Numbered from the stretch's first letter, positions 19,157 to 29,270 are shown. The stretch is 64,000 nucleotides of DNA from an uncultured delta proteobacterium (GCA_963713045.1 CAVQKE010000001.1:384001-448000), one strand, 5' to 3'. Program-made: numbers and translations. Notes: a model not told the origin generated them from the sequence alone.

Positions 19157-20101
19157 TTAGACGCAGAGAGCGCGCAGGGCGATGCCCTCGTACAGAAGTG
19201 CCGCGGCGAGGTGACTGGTGATGTCCGCGTGGTCCAGCGCTGGGCAGACTTCCACCACGTCCATCCCCACCAGGCGCAGGCCCTTCATCCCGCGCAGGAA
19301 TTGAAGGGCCTCGCGCGAGGTGAGGCCCCCGGCGACTGGCATCGCCGTGCCCGGCGCGAAGGCCGGGTCCACCGCGTCCACGTCAAAGGTGACGTACAGC
19401 GGCCTGTCCCCCACGCCGAGGCGGATGGCGGCCACCAATTCACTGACGCTGCGCCGTTCCAGGGCCTCCATGCCCACCTGGCGCGCGCCGTAGGCCGAAG
19501 CGAATGCGCCTTCCTCGGGGTGGGCCCAGGTAGCGCGCAGCCCCACTTGCCACAGCTGCCCACGCTCGATGAGGTCCTCCGTCAGGGCGTGGCGCAGCGG
19601 CGTGCCGTGGTGGTAGGCGTCGCCCCAGACTTCTGGGCCGCTGGTGTCCAGGTGCGCGTCGACGTGCACCACCGCCAGAGGCCCGTGCTTGGCGGCCACC
19701 GCGCGCAAGCAGGGAAGCGTTAGTGTCTGGTCTCCTCCGACGATGAAGGGGGCAGCGCGTGCCTCCAGCACCTGGGCCACTTCCCGCTGGATGACGGTGC
19801 GCACCAGGGTTGCGTCAAAGGGGGGCAAGGCGACGTTGCCCCCGTCCAGGGTCAGCAGTTTGCGGAAAACGTCGACCTGGTGCGTCGGGTGGTAGGACTG
19901 AACCAGGGCGCTGACGCGGCGAATGGCAGCCGGGGCGTGCCGGGCTCCGGGCTGGTAGGTGGTGCCCCCGTCATAGGGCACGCCCAAGAGGACCGCACCT
20001 GCGCCGGCGTAGGGCTCGGCCGAGTGGAGGTCCGCCTGCGCAAGCCGGAAGAAAGGCATTTGCCCGTGGCGGAGGTACTCGCCGGCGGGCTGCTGGCTCA
20101 C
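19157..20101 (-). CDS. Ureohydrolase (agmatinase-like)
   Basis: LGVPYDGGTTYQPGAR, HVDAHLD, HGTP, TFDVDAVDPAFAPGT, DVVEVCP; GGDQ replaces GGDH; GTG start overlaps upstream stop (alternative ATG 20059). Confidence 0.88.
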   Translation of the reverse strand: MSQQPAGEYLRHGQMPFFRLAQADLHSAEPYAGAGAVLLGVPYDGGTTYQPGARHAPAAIRRVSALVQSYHPTHQVDVFRKLLTLDGGNVALPPFDATLVRTVIQREVAQVLEARAAPFIVGGDQTLTLPCLRAVAAKHGPLAVVHVDAHLDTSGPEVWGDAYHHGTPLRHALTEDLIERGQLWQVGLRATWAHPEEGAFASAYGARQVGMEALERRSVSELVAAIRLGVGDRPLYVTFDVDAVDPAFAPGTAMPVAGGLTSREALQFLRGMKGLRLVGMDVVEVCPALDHADITSHLAAALLYEGIALRALCV

Positions 20102-20889
20102 GCGAGCGGCCTTCCCAACAGCACCGCCACTTGGGCGCGCGCCTCGCTGGCGCAGGCCTCGGCGGTGGGGAAGTCGCGCGCTTGAAGCGGCCGGCCGAAG
20201 CGAATGCTGGCCTCGACGTAGCCCCCGCGTCCCCAATGCCGACGGTAGTGGGGGAAGAAGGGCTCGCCGCCCAGCCAGGCGGCGTCCTTGGGCGAAAGCC
20301 GCAGGGCCACTGGCACCACCGGGACGCCCGCCCGCGCGGCGATTCCAAAAATGCCGCGCCGGAAGGAAAGCAAGCCGGTGCCGTCGGTGGTGGTGCCCTC
20401 GGGAAAGTTGAGGACGTGCACCCCAGCCACCAGACGTCGCAGCGCCTGACGCAGCACCGAGGCTTGGTGGTGCACGTTTCCCCGCTGGACGTACAGCGTC
20501 CCCAGCGCGTGGCCACACCAGCCCAAAAGCGGCCAGCTGGCCAGTTCCGACTTGGCAATCGCCGCCATCGGCAGCAGGGCACTCAGCAGCACCGGGTCCC
20601 AGTAGCCGAGGTGGTTGGCCACCAGCACGCTGGGACGCCCAGGCAGCTCCCCGGACAAGACAATTCTCAGGCCATTCAGCTCCGCAATTCGTCCGGCCAG
20701 CCGGTAGCTGGCCAACGCCCGGTGGCTGAAGCGCTCTTCCTCGGTGAGGCCACGCGCCGCCGCCGTCCGCACCGCCGCGGCGACAATGGCGGTGAAGGTG
20801 GCGCCGGTGCGGTGGAGGACTTCCCCCAGGGGCAGCGGGACCAACGGGTCCGCGGCCGCGTCCAGGACTCGCCCGCCGGCGAAATTCAC
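20098..20889 (-). CDS. PlsC/OlsA-type lysophospholipid acyltransferase
   Basis: ANHLGYWD (HxxxxD), AKSEL..WPLLG, FPEGTT, PVVPV. Confidence 0.9.
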   Translation of the reverse strand: MNFAGGRVLDAAADPLVPLPLGEVLHRTGATFTAIVAAAVRTAAARGLTEEERFSHRALASYRLAGRIAELNGLRIVLSGELPGRPSVLVANHLGYWDPVLLSALLPMAAIAKSELASWPLLGWCGHALGTLYVQRGNVHHQASVLRQALRRLVAGVHVLNFPEGTTTDGTGLLSFRRGIFGIAARAGVPVVPVALRLSPKDAAWLGGEPFFPHYRRHWGRGGYVEASIRFGRPLQARDFPTAEACASEARAQVAVLLGRPLA

Positions 20890-21416
20890 GCAGCTCCCCG
20901 AAGCTCGCTGCTGTCTGGACCCAAAAGGCCCAGCCTTTCATAGCGGGCGCGCAGTGCGGCGAAGCCCTCGCGGTCAATGCGAGAGACGATGCGGTCGATG
21001 CCCGGGCCGTAAAAGCCCTGACGGACTTCGGTGTCCGTCGCGCCCAGCGCCTTGTGCAGCGCTCGCGCGGCGACGTTGTTTTCCTCCACCGTAAACCAAC
21101 AGCTGTCCACCCGCGGGACCAGGTGCTGGACCAGGGAGCGCAACAGCTCCACCACCACGCGAGTCCGCTGGTAGGCGGGAAGCACCGCCAGGGTGGTGCA
21201 GTAGGCCTCGCGCCCTTTCAGGAAACAGAGGAGGTAGCCGGCGGGGGTGGTGCCGTCCAGCGCGAGAAAGCAGCTGTCGGCGAAGAAGTCACAGCACAGT
21301 CGGACGTAGTAGGGGCCAAGGAGCGCTTCGCCGCGTTGTCCAAAGACGTCTTCTTCGAGACGTTGAAGCGTGTCAAAATCTTCTGGGCAGAGGGGGCGAA
21401 CGCGATAGCGCGCCAT
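20886..21416 (-). CDS. GNAT family N-acyltransferase (EctA/RimI-like)
   Basis: RBS GGAAGGAG; LAVLPAYQR, FTVEENNVAARALHKALG. Confidence 0.82.
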   Translation of the reverse strand: MARYRVRPLCPEDFDTLQRLEEDVFGQRGEALLGPYYVRLCCDFFADSCFLALDGTTPAGYLLCFLKGREAYCTTLAVLPAYQRTRVVVELLRSLVQHLVPRVDSCWFTVEENNVAARALHKALGATDTEVRQGFYGPGIDRIVSRIDREGFAALRARYERLGLLGPDSSELRGAA

Positions 21417-21567
21417 GGGTCTCCTTCCGGTTGGCAGGTAGGAGTTTCGAGCGCTTAGGTCACAACGCGATCGCCGCAGCGCGACACGCTGGCGACGTTG
21501 CAGGAACGCTCCTTCGACACCGCGACAGCGTCGTGAAGAGACGCTGACGAAATGGTGAAGCCAGGGG

Positions 21568-22248
21568 TTAGCGCCGGCCCGGCCGCCAGATGCGCCTTCG
21601 CTGCTTGACCGAGAGGGCATGAAAGCGGCGGCGCAGCGCTTCGGCTTCCTCAGGAAGCAAGGCACCCTCCTCCGCTGGCTGTCCCGAACGCCACGTCATG
21701 GCCCGGGCCAGTGTCGCCGCCACCGCCACGGAAACGTTGAGGCTGCGGGTGAAGCCGCGCATCGGAATCCAGAACGTGCCGTCTGCACCCTCTAACGCTT
21801 CGTCGGAAACGCCGGTGCGCTCATTGCCGAAAACCAGGGCCCGCTTGCCCTCGAAGCCGAGGGCCCAGAGGGAGGTGGCCTCGGGGCGCGCGGCGGACAC
21901 CCAAAGTTGGAAACCGCGCGCACGGAGGGCCTCGCCGGCAGCGGCGAAGCTTTCCCAGCGGTGCACGTCGAGCCACTTGTCGCAGCCCTGCGTCACCTTT
22001 TCGTTGGGGACAAAGGGCGCCTCCGGGTGTTGCACCACATGGACTTCCTGCAGCCCAAAGGCCTCACTGGTGCGCAGGACGGCGGCCATGTTGAAGGGGT
22101 CCTCAATTTGGTCGAGCACCACCACCAGGCTGCGGGTGCGCTGGCGCACCACTTCTTCAATCCGCTTCCGCCGCGGGGCCAGCACCAGCGTTTCCGGGAC
22201 GGGCGGTCCGCTGGTGCGCGGTGCAGCGCGCTTCGGGCGCCGCGCCAC
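21568..22248 (-). CDS. TrmH/SpoU family RNA 2'-O-methyltransferase
   Basis: DPFNMAAVLRTSEAFG, VFGNERTGVS, IPMRGFTRSLNVSVA. Confidence 0.92.
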   Translation of the reverse strand: MARRPKRAAPRTSGPPVPETLVLAPRRKRIEEVVRQRTRSLVVVLDQIEDPFNMAAVLRTSEAFGLQEVHVVQHPEAPFVPNEKVTQGCDKWLDVHRWESFAAAGEALRARGFQLWVSAARPEATSLWALGFEGKRALVFGNERTGVSDEALEGADGTFWIPMRGFTRSLNVSVAVAATLARAMTWRSGQPAEEGALLPEEAEALRRRFHALSVKQRRRIWRPGRR

Positions 22249-22250
22249 GC

Positions 22251-23366
22251 TTAGCGTTTCCTCGGGGCGCCCCGGCGTCGCGCCGGACGCTTGCGGGCGG
22301 CCGGCACCGGCCGGGCCGCCCTTTGCCGGCGCGGGCGTGGAGGAGCCTCGACGCTGGGGAGTGCACCTCCGAAGACAATGGTGGCCGCCGCGTCGAGGAG
22401 GGCCGGCACCCCTTCTCCGGTGGCGGCGCTCATCGGAAACACGGGAATCCCTCGGCGGCGCAAGGCCAGGGCGAAGCGCGGAAGGCGCGCTCGCGCTTCG
22501 GGAAGGTCGACCTTGTTGGCCGCCACCAGCTGCGGCTTCTGGGCAAGCGTCGGACTGAAGCGCTGCAGCTCTCGGTTGAGGACGTCCCAGTCACGCAGCG
22601 GCGAGCGCCCTGGGCCCTCGGCCGACAAGTCGACCAGGTGAATCAGGACCCGGCAGCGCTCCACGTGGCGGAGAAACTGATGGCCGAGCCCCACCCCCTC
22701 GGCTGCGCCCTCAATCAGCCCCGGAATGTCCGCCATGACGAAGGACAGCCCGTCCTTGTAGGCCACCATGCCGAGGTTGGGCACCAGCGTGGTGAAGGGG
22801 TAGTCGGCCACCTTGGGACGGGCGCGGGAGACGCGGGCGATGAGGGAACTCTTCCCGGCGTTGGGAAAGCCCACCAGCCCCACGTCCGCCAAAAGCTTCA
22901 ACTCCAGGACCAGGTCCCGCTCCTCGCCCTTGGTGCCTTCCTGCGCAAAGCGCGGGGTTTGGCGGGTGGAGGTGGCGAAATTCATGTTGCCGAGGCCGCC
23001 CCGGCCGCCCCGGGCAGCCACCAACTCTGCGCCCGGCGTGCTGAGGTCGGCCAACAGCTCGCCGGTGGCAGCGTCCTTGACCAGCGTCCCGGCCGGGACG
23101 CGCAGCACCAAATCCTCCGCCGCGCGTCCGTTGCAGTCGCTTCCCATGCCCTGCTGGCCGGAGGCCGCTTGCTGCAGGGGCTGGTAGCGGTAGTCCAGCA
23201 GCGTGGTCAGTTGCGGGTCGGCCAACAGGCGCACCGAGCCGCCGTTGCCCCCGTCCCCTCCCGAGGGGCCGCCATATTCAATGTACTTCTCTCGGCGAAA
23301 GGCGACCGCGCCGTCTCCGCCGTCGCCGGCCTTGACGTGGATGCTGACTTCGTCGACGAACTTCAT
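22251..23366 (-). CDS. obgE: GTPase ObgE/CgtA
   Basis: MKFVDEV, Gly-rich Obg fold, GFPNAGKS, YPFTT, DIPG, NKVD. Confidence 0.97.
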   Translation of the reverse strand: MKFVDEVSIHVKAGDGGDGAVAFRREKYIEYGGPSGGDGGNGGSVRLLADPQLTTLLDYRYQPLQQAASGQQGMGSDCNGRAAEDLVLRVPAGTLVKDAATGELLADLSTPGAELVAARGGRGGLGNMNFATSTRQTPRFAQEGTKGEERDLVLELKLLADVGLVGFPNAGKSSLIARVSRARPKVADYPFTTLVPNLGMVAYKDGLSFVMADIPGLIEGAAEGVGLGHQFLRHVERCRVLIHLVDLSAEGPGRSPLRDWDVLNRELQRFSPTLAQKPQLVAANKVDLPEARARLPRFALALRRRGIPVFPMSAATGEGVPALLDAAATIVFGGALPSVEAPPRPRRQRAARPVPAARKRPARRRGAPRKR

Positions 23367-23398
23367 CGGGCTCCCGGGCGGCGCCCCAGGTGGCCGGC

Positions 23399-23662
23399 TT
23401 AGGCCTTGGCGACGGGGTCGACCGACACCTTTTTCCGGTCGCGCCCCACCCGCTCGTACTTCACGACGCCGGTGGCGGTGGCATACAGGGTGAAGTCTCG
23501 GCCGAGCCGGACGTTGCGGCCAGGGTGTATGACGGTGCCCAGCTGGCGCACCAGGATGCTACCGGAAGGGACCGTCTCTCCGCCGTACACCTTCACGCCG
23601 CGGTGTTGTCCGGGCGAGTCACGCCCGTTGCGAGAGCTGCCCTGTCCTTTTTTGTGAGCCAT
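23399..23662 (-). CDS. rpmA: 50S ribosomal protein L27
   Basis: [16 protein letters not shown]. Confidence 0.98.
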   Translation of the reverse strand: MAHKKGQGSSRNGRDSPGQHRGVKVYGGETVPSGSILVRQLGTVIHPGRNVRLGRDFTLYATATGVVKYERVGRDRKKVSVDPVAKA

Positions 23663-23677
23663 GGGCCTGCCGTTCCT

Positions 23678-23986
23678 TCAGCCGGTGACTTGGGTGACTT
23701 TCACTTCGGTGAAGGGCTGGCGGTGCCCGCGGCGCCGGGTCCAACCTTCCTTCTCTTTGCGGAAATGCAGCACCCGGGCGTGTTTGTCCTGAGCGGTGAT
23801 GGTGCCCACCACCTTGGCGCCGTCCACCAGTGGCTTGCCAATGCGGGGCGCTGCGTCCCCACCGAGCAGTAGGACTTCTTCGAAGGTGATGGTGGCGCCG
23901 ACGTCTCCGGGCACCTTCTCAATGCGCACCACGTCGCCTGTGGCAACGCGGTACTGCTTTCCGCCCGTCCGGATGACTGCGTACAT
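23678..23986 (-). CDS. rplU: 50S ribosomal protein L21
   Basis: [14 protein letters not shown] ... GHRQPFT. Confidence 0.97.
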   Translation of the reverse strand: MYAVIRTGGKQYRVATGDVVRIEKVPGDVGATITFEEVLLLGGDAAPRIGKPLVDGAKVVGTITAQDKHARVLHFRKEKEGWTRRRGHRQPFTEVKVTQVTG

Positions 23987-24020
23987 ACTCAGGTCAACCC
24001 CGATTCTAAAAGGGCCCAGT

Positions 24021-24049
24021 CGTGTAGTCGGGCCGCTGAGGGATGTCAA
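24021..24049 (-). promoter_or_regulatory. Putative sigma70 promoter for rplU-rpmA-obgE
   Basis: TTGACA-17 nt-TACACG on minus strand 35 bp upstream of rplU. Confidence 0.5.
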
Positions 24050-24183
24050 GGTCAGCCCCCCAGTGGCCTTGGGCGCGACCGCTGGTGGGCGCGGGGGGCG
24101 CCCAGCCGCCCTTCGGCGGAGGCGCTTTTGTGTCTTCTGCTGACCCTTCGACGGCAGGACCTTCCTTGGCTGTTGCCAGCCCG

Positions 24184-25626
24184 TCAGCCACCGAGCCGTG
24201 TCTTGAGGACGGCATTCACCTGGGCCGGGTTGCCCTTCCCCTTCATTCCCTTCATCACCTGCCCCACCAGGAAGCCCAAGACCTGCTTTTTGCCGGCGCG
24301 GTACTTCGCCACCTCCTCCGGGTTGGCGGCGAGGACGGCGTCCACTGCCGCCTCGACCGCCCCACTGTCCTTCTCCAGCGACAGGCCTCGCTCCTCCACA
24401 ATGGCCCGAGGCGCCTTTCCCGTCCGGAACATCTCGGCGAAAACGTCCTTGCCGGCGTTGGCCGACACCTCCTCGCGGTCCACCAGCTGGAGGAGCTGAG
24501 CAAAGTGCTGGGGCGGAAAGCTGAGGGCGGCCACCCGGGTGCCCTCCTCCTTGAGGAGGCGCTGCAGCTCGCCGGTAAACCAGTGGGCCAGCTTCTTCGA
24601 GCTGCCGCCGTAGCAGGCCTGGACCGCCTCGAAGTAGTCGGCCAGGGCGCGGTCGGCGACGAGAATTTTGGCGTCGTAGGCAGTGAGGCCAAAGTCCGCC
24701 TGAAAGCGCTGCAGCTTCTCCCGGGGCAGCTCCACCAATTCAGTCCGGATGCGCTCCGCCATGCCCTCCGGCACCAGCAGCGGGGGGAGGTCCGGCTCCG
24801 GGAAGTAGCGGTAGTCGTGCGCCTCTTCCTTGCTGCGCATGCTGCGCGTCTCGCCGCGCTGGGGGTCCCAGAGGCGGGTTTCCTGAAGCACTTTGCCGCC
24901 CGACTCGAGGAGGGTCACCTGCCGGCCAATTTCATAGTCAATGGCCTGGCGGACGAAGCGGAAGGAGTTGATGTTTTTCAGCTCGGCACGCGTCCCCAGC
25001 TCGCTGGTCCCCTTGGGCATGACCGACACGTTGGCGTCGCAGCGAAAGCTGCCTTCCTCCAAGTTGCCGTCGTTGACGCCGAGGTAGACCAGGATGTCGC
25101 GCAAGGCCTTCAAGTACTCGGCCGCCTCCTCGGAGCTGCGGAGGTCGGGCTCGCTCACAATCTCGGTCAGCGGGACGCCGGCCCGGTTCAAATCCACCAG
25201 GCTCTCCCCGCCGAGCGGGTCGTGAATGTTTTTCCCCGCGTCCTCCTCGAGGTGAATGCGGCGGATGGCAACCCGCTTTTCCACGCCATTCACGTCGAAC
25301 ACCAGCGCCCCGTGCTCGCACAGGGGCAAGTCGTACTGACTAATTTGGTAACCCTTGGGGAGGTCCGGGTAAAAGTAATTCTTCCTGGCCCAGATGCTGC
25401 GCTCATTGATGCGGCAGCCGAGAGCCACCCCGGCCCGCACCGCGAATTCCACCACCCTGGCATTGAGGACCGGCAGCGAGCCCGGCATCCCGAGGCACAC
25501 CGGACAGGTGTTGGCGTTGGGAGCCGCACCGAAACGCGTCGAGCAGCCACAAAAAATCTTGCTCTCGGTCAACAGCTGCCCGTGCACTTCGAGGCCGATG
25601 ACTGGCTGAAAGTCCGAGATGCCCAT
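24184..25626 (-). CDS. gatB: Asp/Glu-tRNA amidotransferase subunit B
   Basis: [47 protein letters not shown]. Confidence 0.97.
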   Translation of the reverse strand: MGISDFQPVIGLEVHGQLLTESKIFCGCSTRFGAAPNANTCPVCLGMPGSLPVLNARVVEFAVRAGVALGCRINERSIWARKNYFYPDLPKGYQISQYDLPLCEHGALVFDVNGVEKRVAIRRIHLEEDAGKNIHDPLGGESLVDLNRAGVPLTEIVSEPDLRSSEEAAEYLKALRDILVYLGVNDGNLEEGSFRCDANVSVMPKGTSELGTRAELKNINSFRFVRQAIDYEIGRQVTLLESGGKVLQETRLWDPQRGETRSMRSKEEAHDYRYFPEPDLPPLLVPEGMAERIRTELVELPREKLQRFQADFGLTAYDAKILVADRALADYFEAVQACYGGSSKKLAHWFTGELQRLLKEEGTRVAALSFPPQHFAQLLQLVDREEVSANAGKDVFAEMFRTGKAPRAIVEERGLSLEKDSGAVEAAVDAVLAANPEEVAKYRAGKKQVLGFLVGQVMKGMKGKGNPAQVNAVLKTRLGG

Positions 25627-25631
25627 CGCCG

Positions 25632-27098
25632 CTACCCCTCCCCCACGGGCGGCGAGCGCACGAAGTCATGGGCCTCTTCAAAGGCCCGGCCGACCCGCAG
25701 GACGGTGGCTTCGTCGAAGGGCCGACCCAAAATTTGCAGTCCAATGGGGAGTCCCGCGCGGCTGAAGCCGCACGGCAAGCTGAGGCCCGGCAATCCCGCC
25801 AGGTTGCACGGCAGGGTGAAGACGTCGTTGGCGTACATGGCCAGCGGGTCATTCACCTTCTCCCCCAGCTGGAAGGCGGTGGTGGGTGCGGTCGGCGAAA
25901 GGATGGCGTCCACCCGGTTCCACGCCGAGGCGAAGTCCCCTCGGATGAGGGTCCGCACCTTTTGGGCCTTGAGGTAGTAGGCGTCGTAGTAGCCGGCCGA
26001 CAGTGCATAGGTGCCTAGCATGATGCGGCGTTTCACTTCCGGGCCGAAACCACGGCCGCGCGTCTGGGCGTACATCTCCCGAAGGCTTTTGGCCTCCACC
26101 CGGAGTCCGTAGCGGACGCCGTCATAGCGGGCGAGGTTGCTGGAGGCCTCGGCGGGAGCCAACAGGTAGTAGGTGGCCAGCGCGTAGGAAGTGTGGGGCA
26201 GCGAGATGGGCACCAGCGTCGCGCCCAGCTTTTCGTAGGCGCGCGCCGCGGCTTCCACCGCCGTCCGCACCTCGGCGTCGAGGCCTTGCACTTCGAAGTA
26301 TTCGCGCGGCATCCCGAGCCGCAGTCCCGCCACCCCGGCGTCCAGTCGGGCGAGGTAGTCCTCGGCCAGCTGCGGTGAGGAGGTGGAATCCCGGGCGTCG
26401 GGGACCGCCAAGACTTGGAGGAGTGCGGCGGCATCGGCCACGGTGCGCGTCAGGGGGCCGACTTGGTCCAGGCTGCTGGCGAAGGCCACCACGCCGTAGC
26501 GGGAGACGCGTCCATAGGTGGGCTTGAGGCCCACCGTTCCGGTGAGCGCGGCCGGCTGGCGGATGGAGCCTCCGGTGTCGGTGCCCAGGGCTCCAAAGGC
26601 GAGCCGTGCGCTGACCGCCGCGGCGGAGCCGCCCGAGCTGCCACCGGGGGAGCGGCTGGTGTCCCACGGGTTGCGCGAGGGGAAGAAGGCCGAATTCTCG
26701 GTCGAGCTGCCCATGGCAAATTCATCCATGTTGGTTTTGCCGAGGATGGGCAGGCCGGCGGCCTTCAATAGAGTAACGACGGTCGCGTCAAAGGGAGGCC
26801 GAAAGCCCTCGAGGATGCGCGAGCCGGCGGTGGTCGCCAGGCCTTCGGTGCAGAACAAGTCCTTGAGGCCCACTGGCACGCCGTCGAGAAGCCCCGTCGG
26901 CCGCCCGGTCCGACGGCGCGCATCGGACGCCTCGGCTTGGGCCAGGGCGCCGTCCGGGTCCACCGACAGGAAGGCCTTCACCTTGCCGTCCAGCCGGGAA
27001 ATGCGCTGAAGGCAGGCCCGCACCGCCTCGACGGAGGAGGCCTCGCCGGCGGCCAGCCGACGAGAGAGTTCCAGCATGGAAAGGTCCGTCAGCTGCAT
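25632..27098 (-). CDS. gatA: Asp/Glu-tRNA amidotransferase subunit A
   Basis: [44 protein letters not shown]. Confidence 0.97.
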   Translation of the reverse strand: MQLTDLSMLELSRRLAAGEASSVEAVRACLQRISRLDGKVKAFLSVDPDGALAQAEASDARRRTGRPTGLLDGVPVGLKDLFCTEGLATTAGSRILEGFRPPFDATVVTLLKAAGLPILGKTNMDEFAMGSSTENSAFFPSRNPWDTSRSPGGSSGGSAAAVSARLAFGALGTDTGGSIRQPAALTGTVGLKPTYGRVSRYGVVAFASSLDQVGPLTRTVADAAALLQVLAVPDARDSTSSPQLAEDYLARLDAGVAGLRLGMPREYFEVQGLDAEVRTAVEAAARAYEKLGATLVPISLPHTSYALATYYLLAPAEASSNLARYDGVRYGLRVEAKSLREMYAQTRGRGFGPEVKRRIMLGTYALSAGYYDAYYLKAQKVRTLIRGDFASAWNRVDAILSPTAPTTAFQLGEKVNDPLAMYANDVFTLPCNLAGLPGLSLPCGFSRAGLPIGLQILGRPFDEATVLRVGRAFEEAHDFVRSPPVGEG

Positions 27099-27104
27099 CG
27101 GCCG

Positions 27105-27392
27105 TCACTCGAGGATGCGCGGCACGGCGAAGCTGGTCCCCACCCGCGCCGGGGCATTGGCCAAGGCCTTCTCCACGCTGAGGGAGGGCTCGACGCGGTC
27201 CTCGCGCCAGCTGCCTGTGGCATGGGCGGCGTGGGAGGTGGGCTCCACGCTGGAGGTGTCGAGTTCGCGCAGCGTCTCCACCGCCTCCAGAATGGCCGAC
27301 AGCTGCTCCTGCATTTTCGCCTCCTCCTCCGGGCTCAAGGCAAGGTGGGCGAGCGTCGCGACGTGACGGACCTGCTCCCGAGTCAATCGCAT
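27105..27392 (-). CDS. gatC: Asp/Glu-tRNA amidotransferase subunit C
   Basis: VRHVATLAHL, REDRVEPSL, NAP....FAVPRI; position before gatA. Confidence 0.93.
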   Translation of the reverse strand: MRLTREQVRHVATLAHLALSPEEEAKMQEQLSAILEAVETLRELDTSSVEPTSHAAHATGSWREDRVEPSLSVEKALANAPARVGTSFAVPRILE

Positions 27393-27398
27393 GCGGTG

Positions 27399-27728
27399 TC
27401 AGTCGCCCTTGAAGAGGTTGAGGATGGAGTCAATCAGCGGTGTCTTGCGCTTTTCGTGGGTCGCTTGGGCCTTCAGCCGGCGGAGTTGCTCGGCGTCGAG
27501 CCAAACGCCGTGACAGTTGAAACAGGAGTCCAGGTGCAGTTGGCCCTCGTCCAGGCTGTGCAGGTCAAAGCCGCACTTCGGGCACTTCATGTAATGCTCC
27601 GCCTTCAGTGCGTCGCGCTGCCGCTGGGCCAGCACCTGCCCCTGTTGGAAGGCCAGCTTGCGCTTGGCCTCCACCTCCTCGGCGGCGAAGTAGTCATCCT
27701 CAGGCCTCGACGGTTTGTCCAGTGACAT
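27399..27728 (-). CDS. zf-TFIIB-type zinc ribbon protein
   Basis: EDDYF, MKCPKCG ... DSCFNCHGVWLD. Confidence 0.8.
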   Translation of the reverse strand: MSLDKPSRPEDDYFAAEEVEAKRKLAFQQGQVLAQRQRDALKAEHYMKCPKCGFDLHSLDEGQLHLDSCFNCHGVWLDAEQLRRLKAQATHEKRKTPLIDSILNLFKGD

Positions 27729-27735
27729 GCCTTCC

Positions 27736-29178
27736 TCACTCCTTCAAGCTCTCCAGTGCCGCGCGCGCGGCACGGGCCTCAGGGTCATGCGGCCAGCCTT
27801 CCAGGTAGCGCTGGTAGGCCGCCCGCGCTTCCGGTACCCGCCCCAGTGAGCGGTATGTCTCCGCGAGCCCCAGCACAGCTACTCCACTCTGAGGGTCGAG
27901 TTCCAGCGCCTGGTTGAATTCGAAAAGGGCTTCGTGCCGGCGGCCCAAGTCGAGCAGCGCCAGCGCGCGCCCGCTGTGGGCCTCGGCAGACAACGGCTGG
28001 AGGGCCAGCGCCTTGTCATACGCCGCCAAGGCGCCGGCGGCCCGCTCGTGGGTGCGGCGCCGCGTCGCCTCGGCCATCCACTCTTCAAAGGTCTGCGGCC
28101 CAGCACGCACCCCCACGGGCGTGCTGGGGATGACGGAGGCCTCCGGCGCTGGTGCAATGGCACTCGCCGGAAGCGCTGGGGCCGCCAGGGATGGGGCGGG
28201 GACGGCTGGAACTGAGGGCCCCAGCAAGCCGTGCGGGGAAGTGCCGGCGTCCGGGGAAGGTGCGGCCCCACCGTCCAGCGCGGCCGCGGCCGTCAGGGCA
28301 GAAAGCAATTCGTCCTTGGCGCGCTGCTCGGCGGCCTTCTGCCGCGCCTCGTGGTCGGCCTGCTCGCGCGCAAGCTGACTGTTGCGCGCCTGTTCCGCGC
28401 TGGCCCGCTGCATTTCCGGTCGCCAGAGGTAGACGTAGGCCCACGCGCCTCCGGCCGCCAGCAGGAGGAAGAGGGCGAAAAGCAAAAGCCAGCCCCCCGT
28501 GCCGCGCTTCAGCTTGGGCGGCTCCCAGTCGTCGGCCTCGGCCACCCCGAGGCTGCGCCCGCCCTTGGTAAAGGCCGGCTCCTCCGCGCTGCTGCGCAGG
28601 CGCGTCGGCTGAAAGGTGGAGATGGGCGGGGCCTGGCTTTGGGGCGGAGGCGGCGGCGCGGCGGCGGTGGCCACGGGCGGCGCGGCGGGACGGGGCGGCT
28701 CCAGCGCCGGCGGTGGCTCCAGCGCCGGCGGTGGCTCCACCACCGGAGGGGCCTTGGGGACGTCCGCAGCTGGAGGCGAGGTTCGCCCTTCGGCCTCCAG
28801 GGCCGCCAGACGCGCCACGGCCGCCGCGGCGGTGAAGAAAACGCGCAAGTCCGGGATGGCGCCGAGGACGCGCCACGTCTCACCGTCCAGGCCGACTTCA
28901 TCCTCGGGCGACAGCTTCCCTTCCACAATCCACCGCTGCAGCGTCGTCAATTCGCGCAAGGAAGACAGCGAGCCATTGCGGCGGCGGACCCGCCACGCGC
29001 GGCGCGGACTGTCGGCCGCTGGGGGTGCAGCCGCCGGGCCGGCACCGGTCGGCGAGGGGGGCCTCGGCGCCAAAAACACGTGCCCACACCGGGAACAGCG
29101 GACGCGCGCGCCGGCGGGACCGAGGCGCGCCTCCTCGAGCGAATAGCTGGTTCCGCAGCGCTCGCAATGGACGTCCAC
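27736..29178 (-). CDS. Zinc-ribbon (MJ0042-type) / GYF-like / Pro-rich / TM / TPR protein
   Basis: RBS GGAGGAG; CERC...VRCSRCGHVF; LQRWIVEGKL...W; one TM; C-terminal TPRs. Confidence 0.85.
   Translation of the reverse strand: MDVHCERCGTSYSLEEARLGPAGARVRCSRCGHVFLAPRPPSPTGAGPAAAPPAADSPRRAWRVRRRNGSLSSLRELTTLQRWIVEGKLSPEDEVGLDGETWRVLGAIPDLRVFFTAAAAVARLAALEAEGRTSPPAADVPKAPPVVEPPPALEPPPALEPPRPAAPPVATAAAPPPPPQSQAPPISTFQPTRLRSSAEEPAFTKGGRSLGVAEADDWEPPKLKRGTGGWLLLFALFLLLAAGGAWAYVYLWRPEMQRASAEQARNSQLAREQADHEARQKAAEQRAKDELLSALTAAAALDGGAAPSPDAGTSPHGLLGPSVPAVPAPSLAAPALPASAIAPAPEASVIPSTPVGVRAGPQTFEEWMAEATRRRTHERAAGALAAYDKALALQPLSAEAHSGRALALLDLGRRHEALFEFNQALELDPQSGVAVLGLAETYRSLGRVPEARAAYQRYLEGWPHDPEARAARAALESLKE
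28697..28739. repeat. 18-bp tandem repeat (~2.4 copies) encoding EPPPAL
   Basis: GGCTCCAGCGCCGGCGGT x2 plus GGCTCCA. Confidence 0.85.
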
Positions 29179-29270
29179 CGCTCCTCCAACTCCCACAAAA
29201 GCCGAAAGCTGTCGAATTGCCCGCGCTGGGCGACAGCCGGCCGCACGGCCTGGCACCCCCCGGCGAAAAA

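Noticed and set aside
21417..21567. Possible guanidine riboswitch ahead of the ureohydrolase operon
   Set aside because: No paired ACGR-loop hairpins or other ykkC-class consensus recognisable by eye
23678..23986. Atypical L21 C-terminal segment ([16 protein letters not shown])
   Set aside because: Probably a lineage-level variant; gene and operon are otherwise standard
24043..25977. 644-aa plus-strand ORF
   Set aside because: Antisense shadow of gatB/gatA
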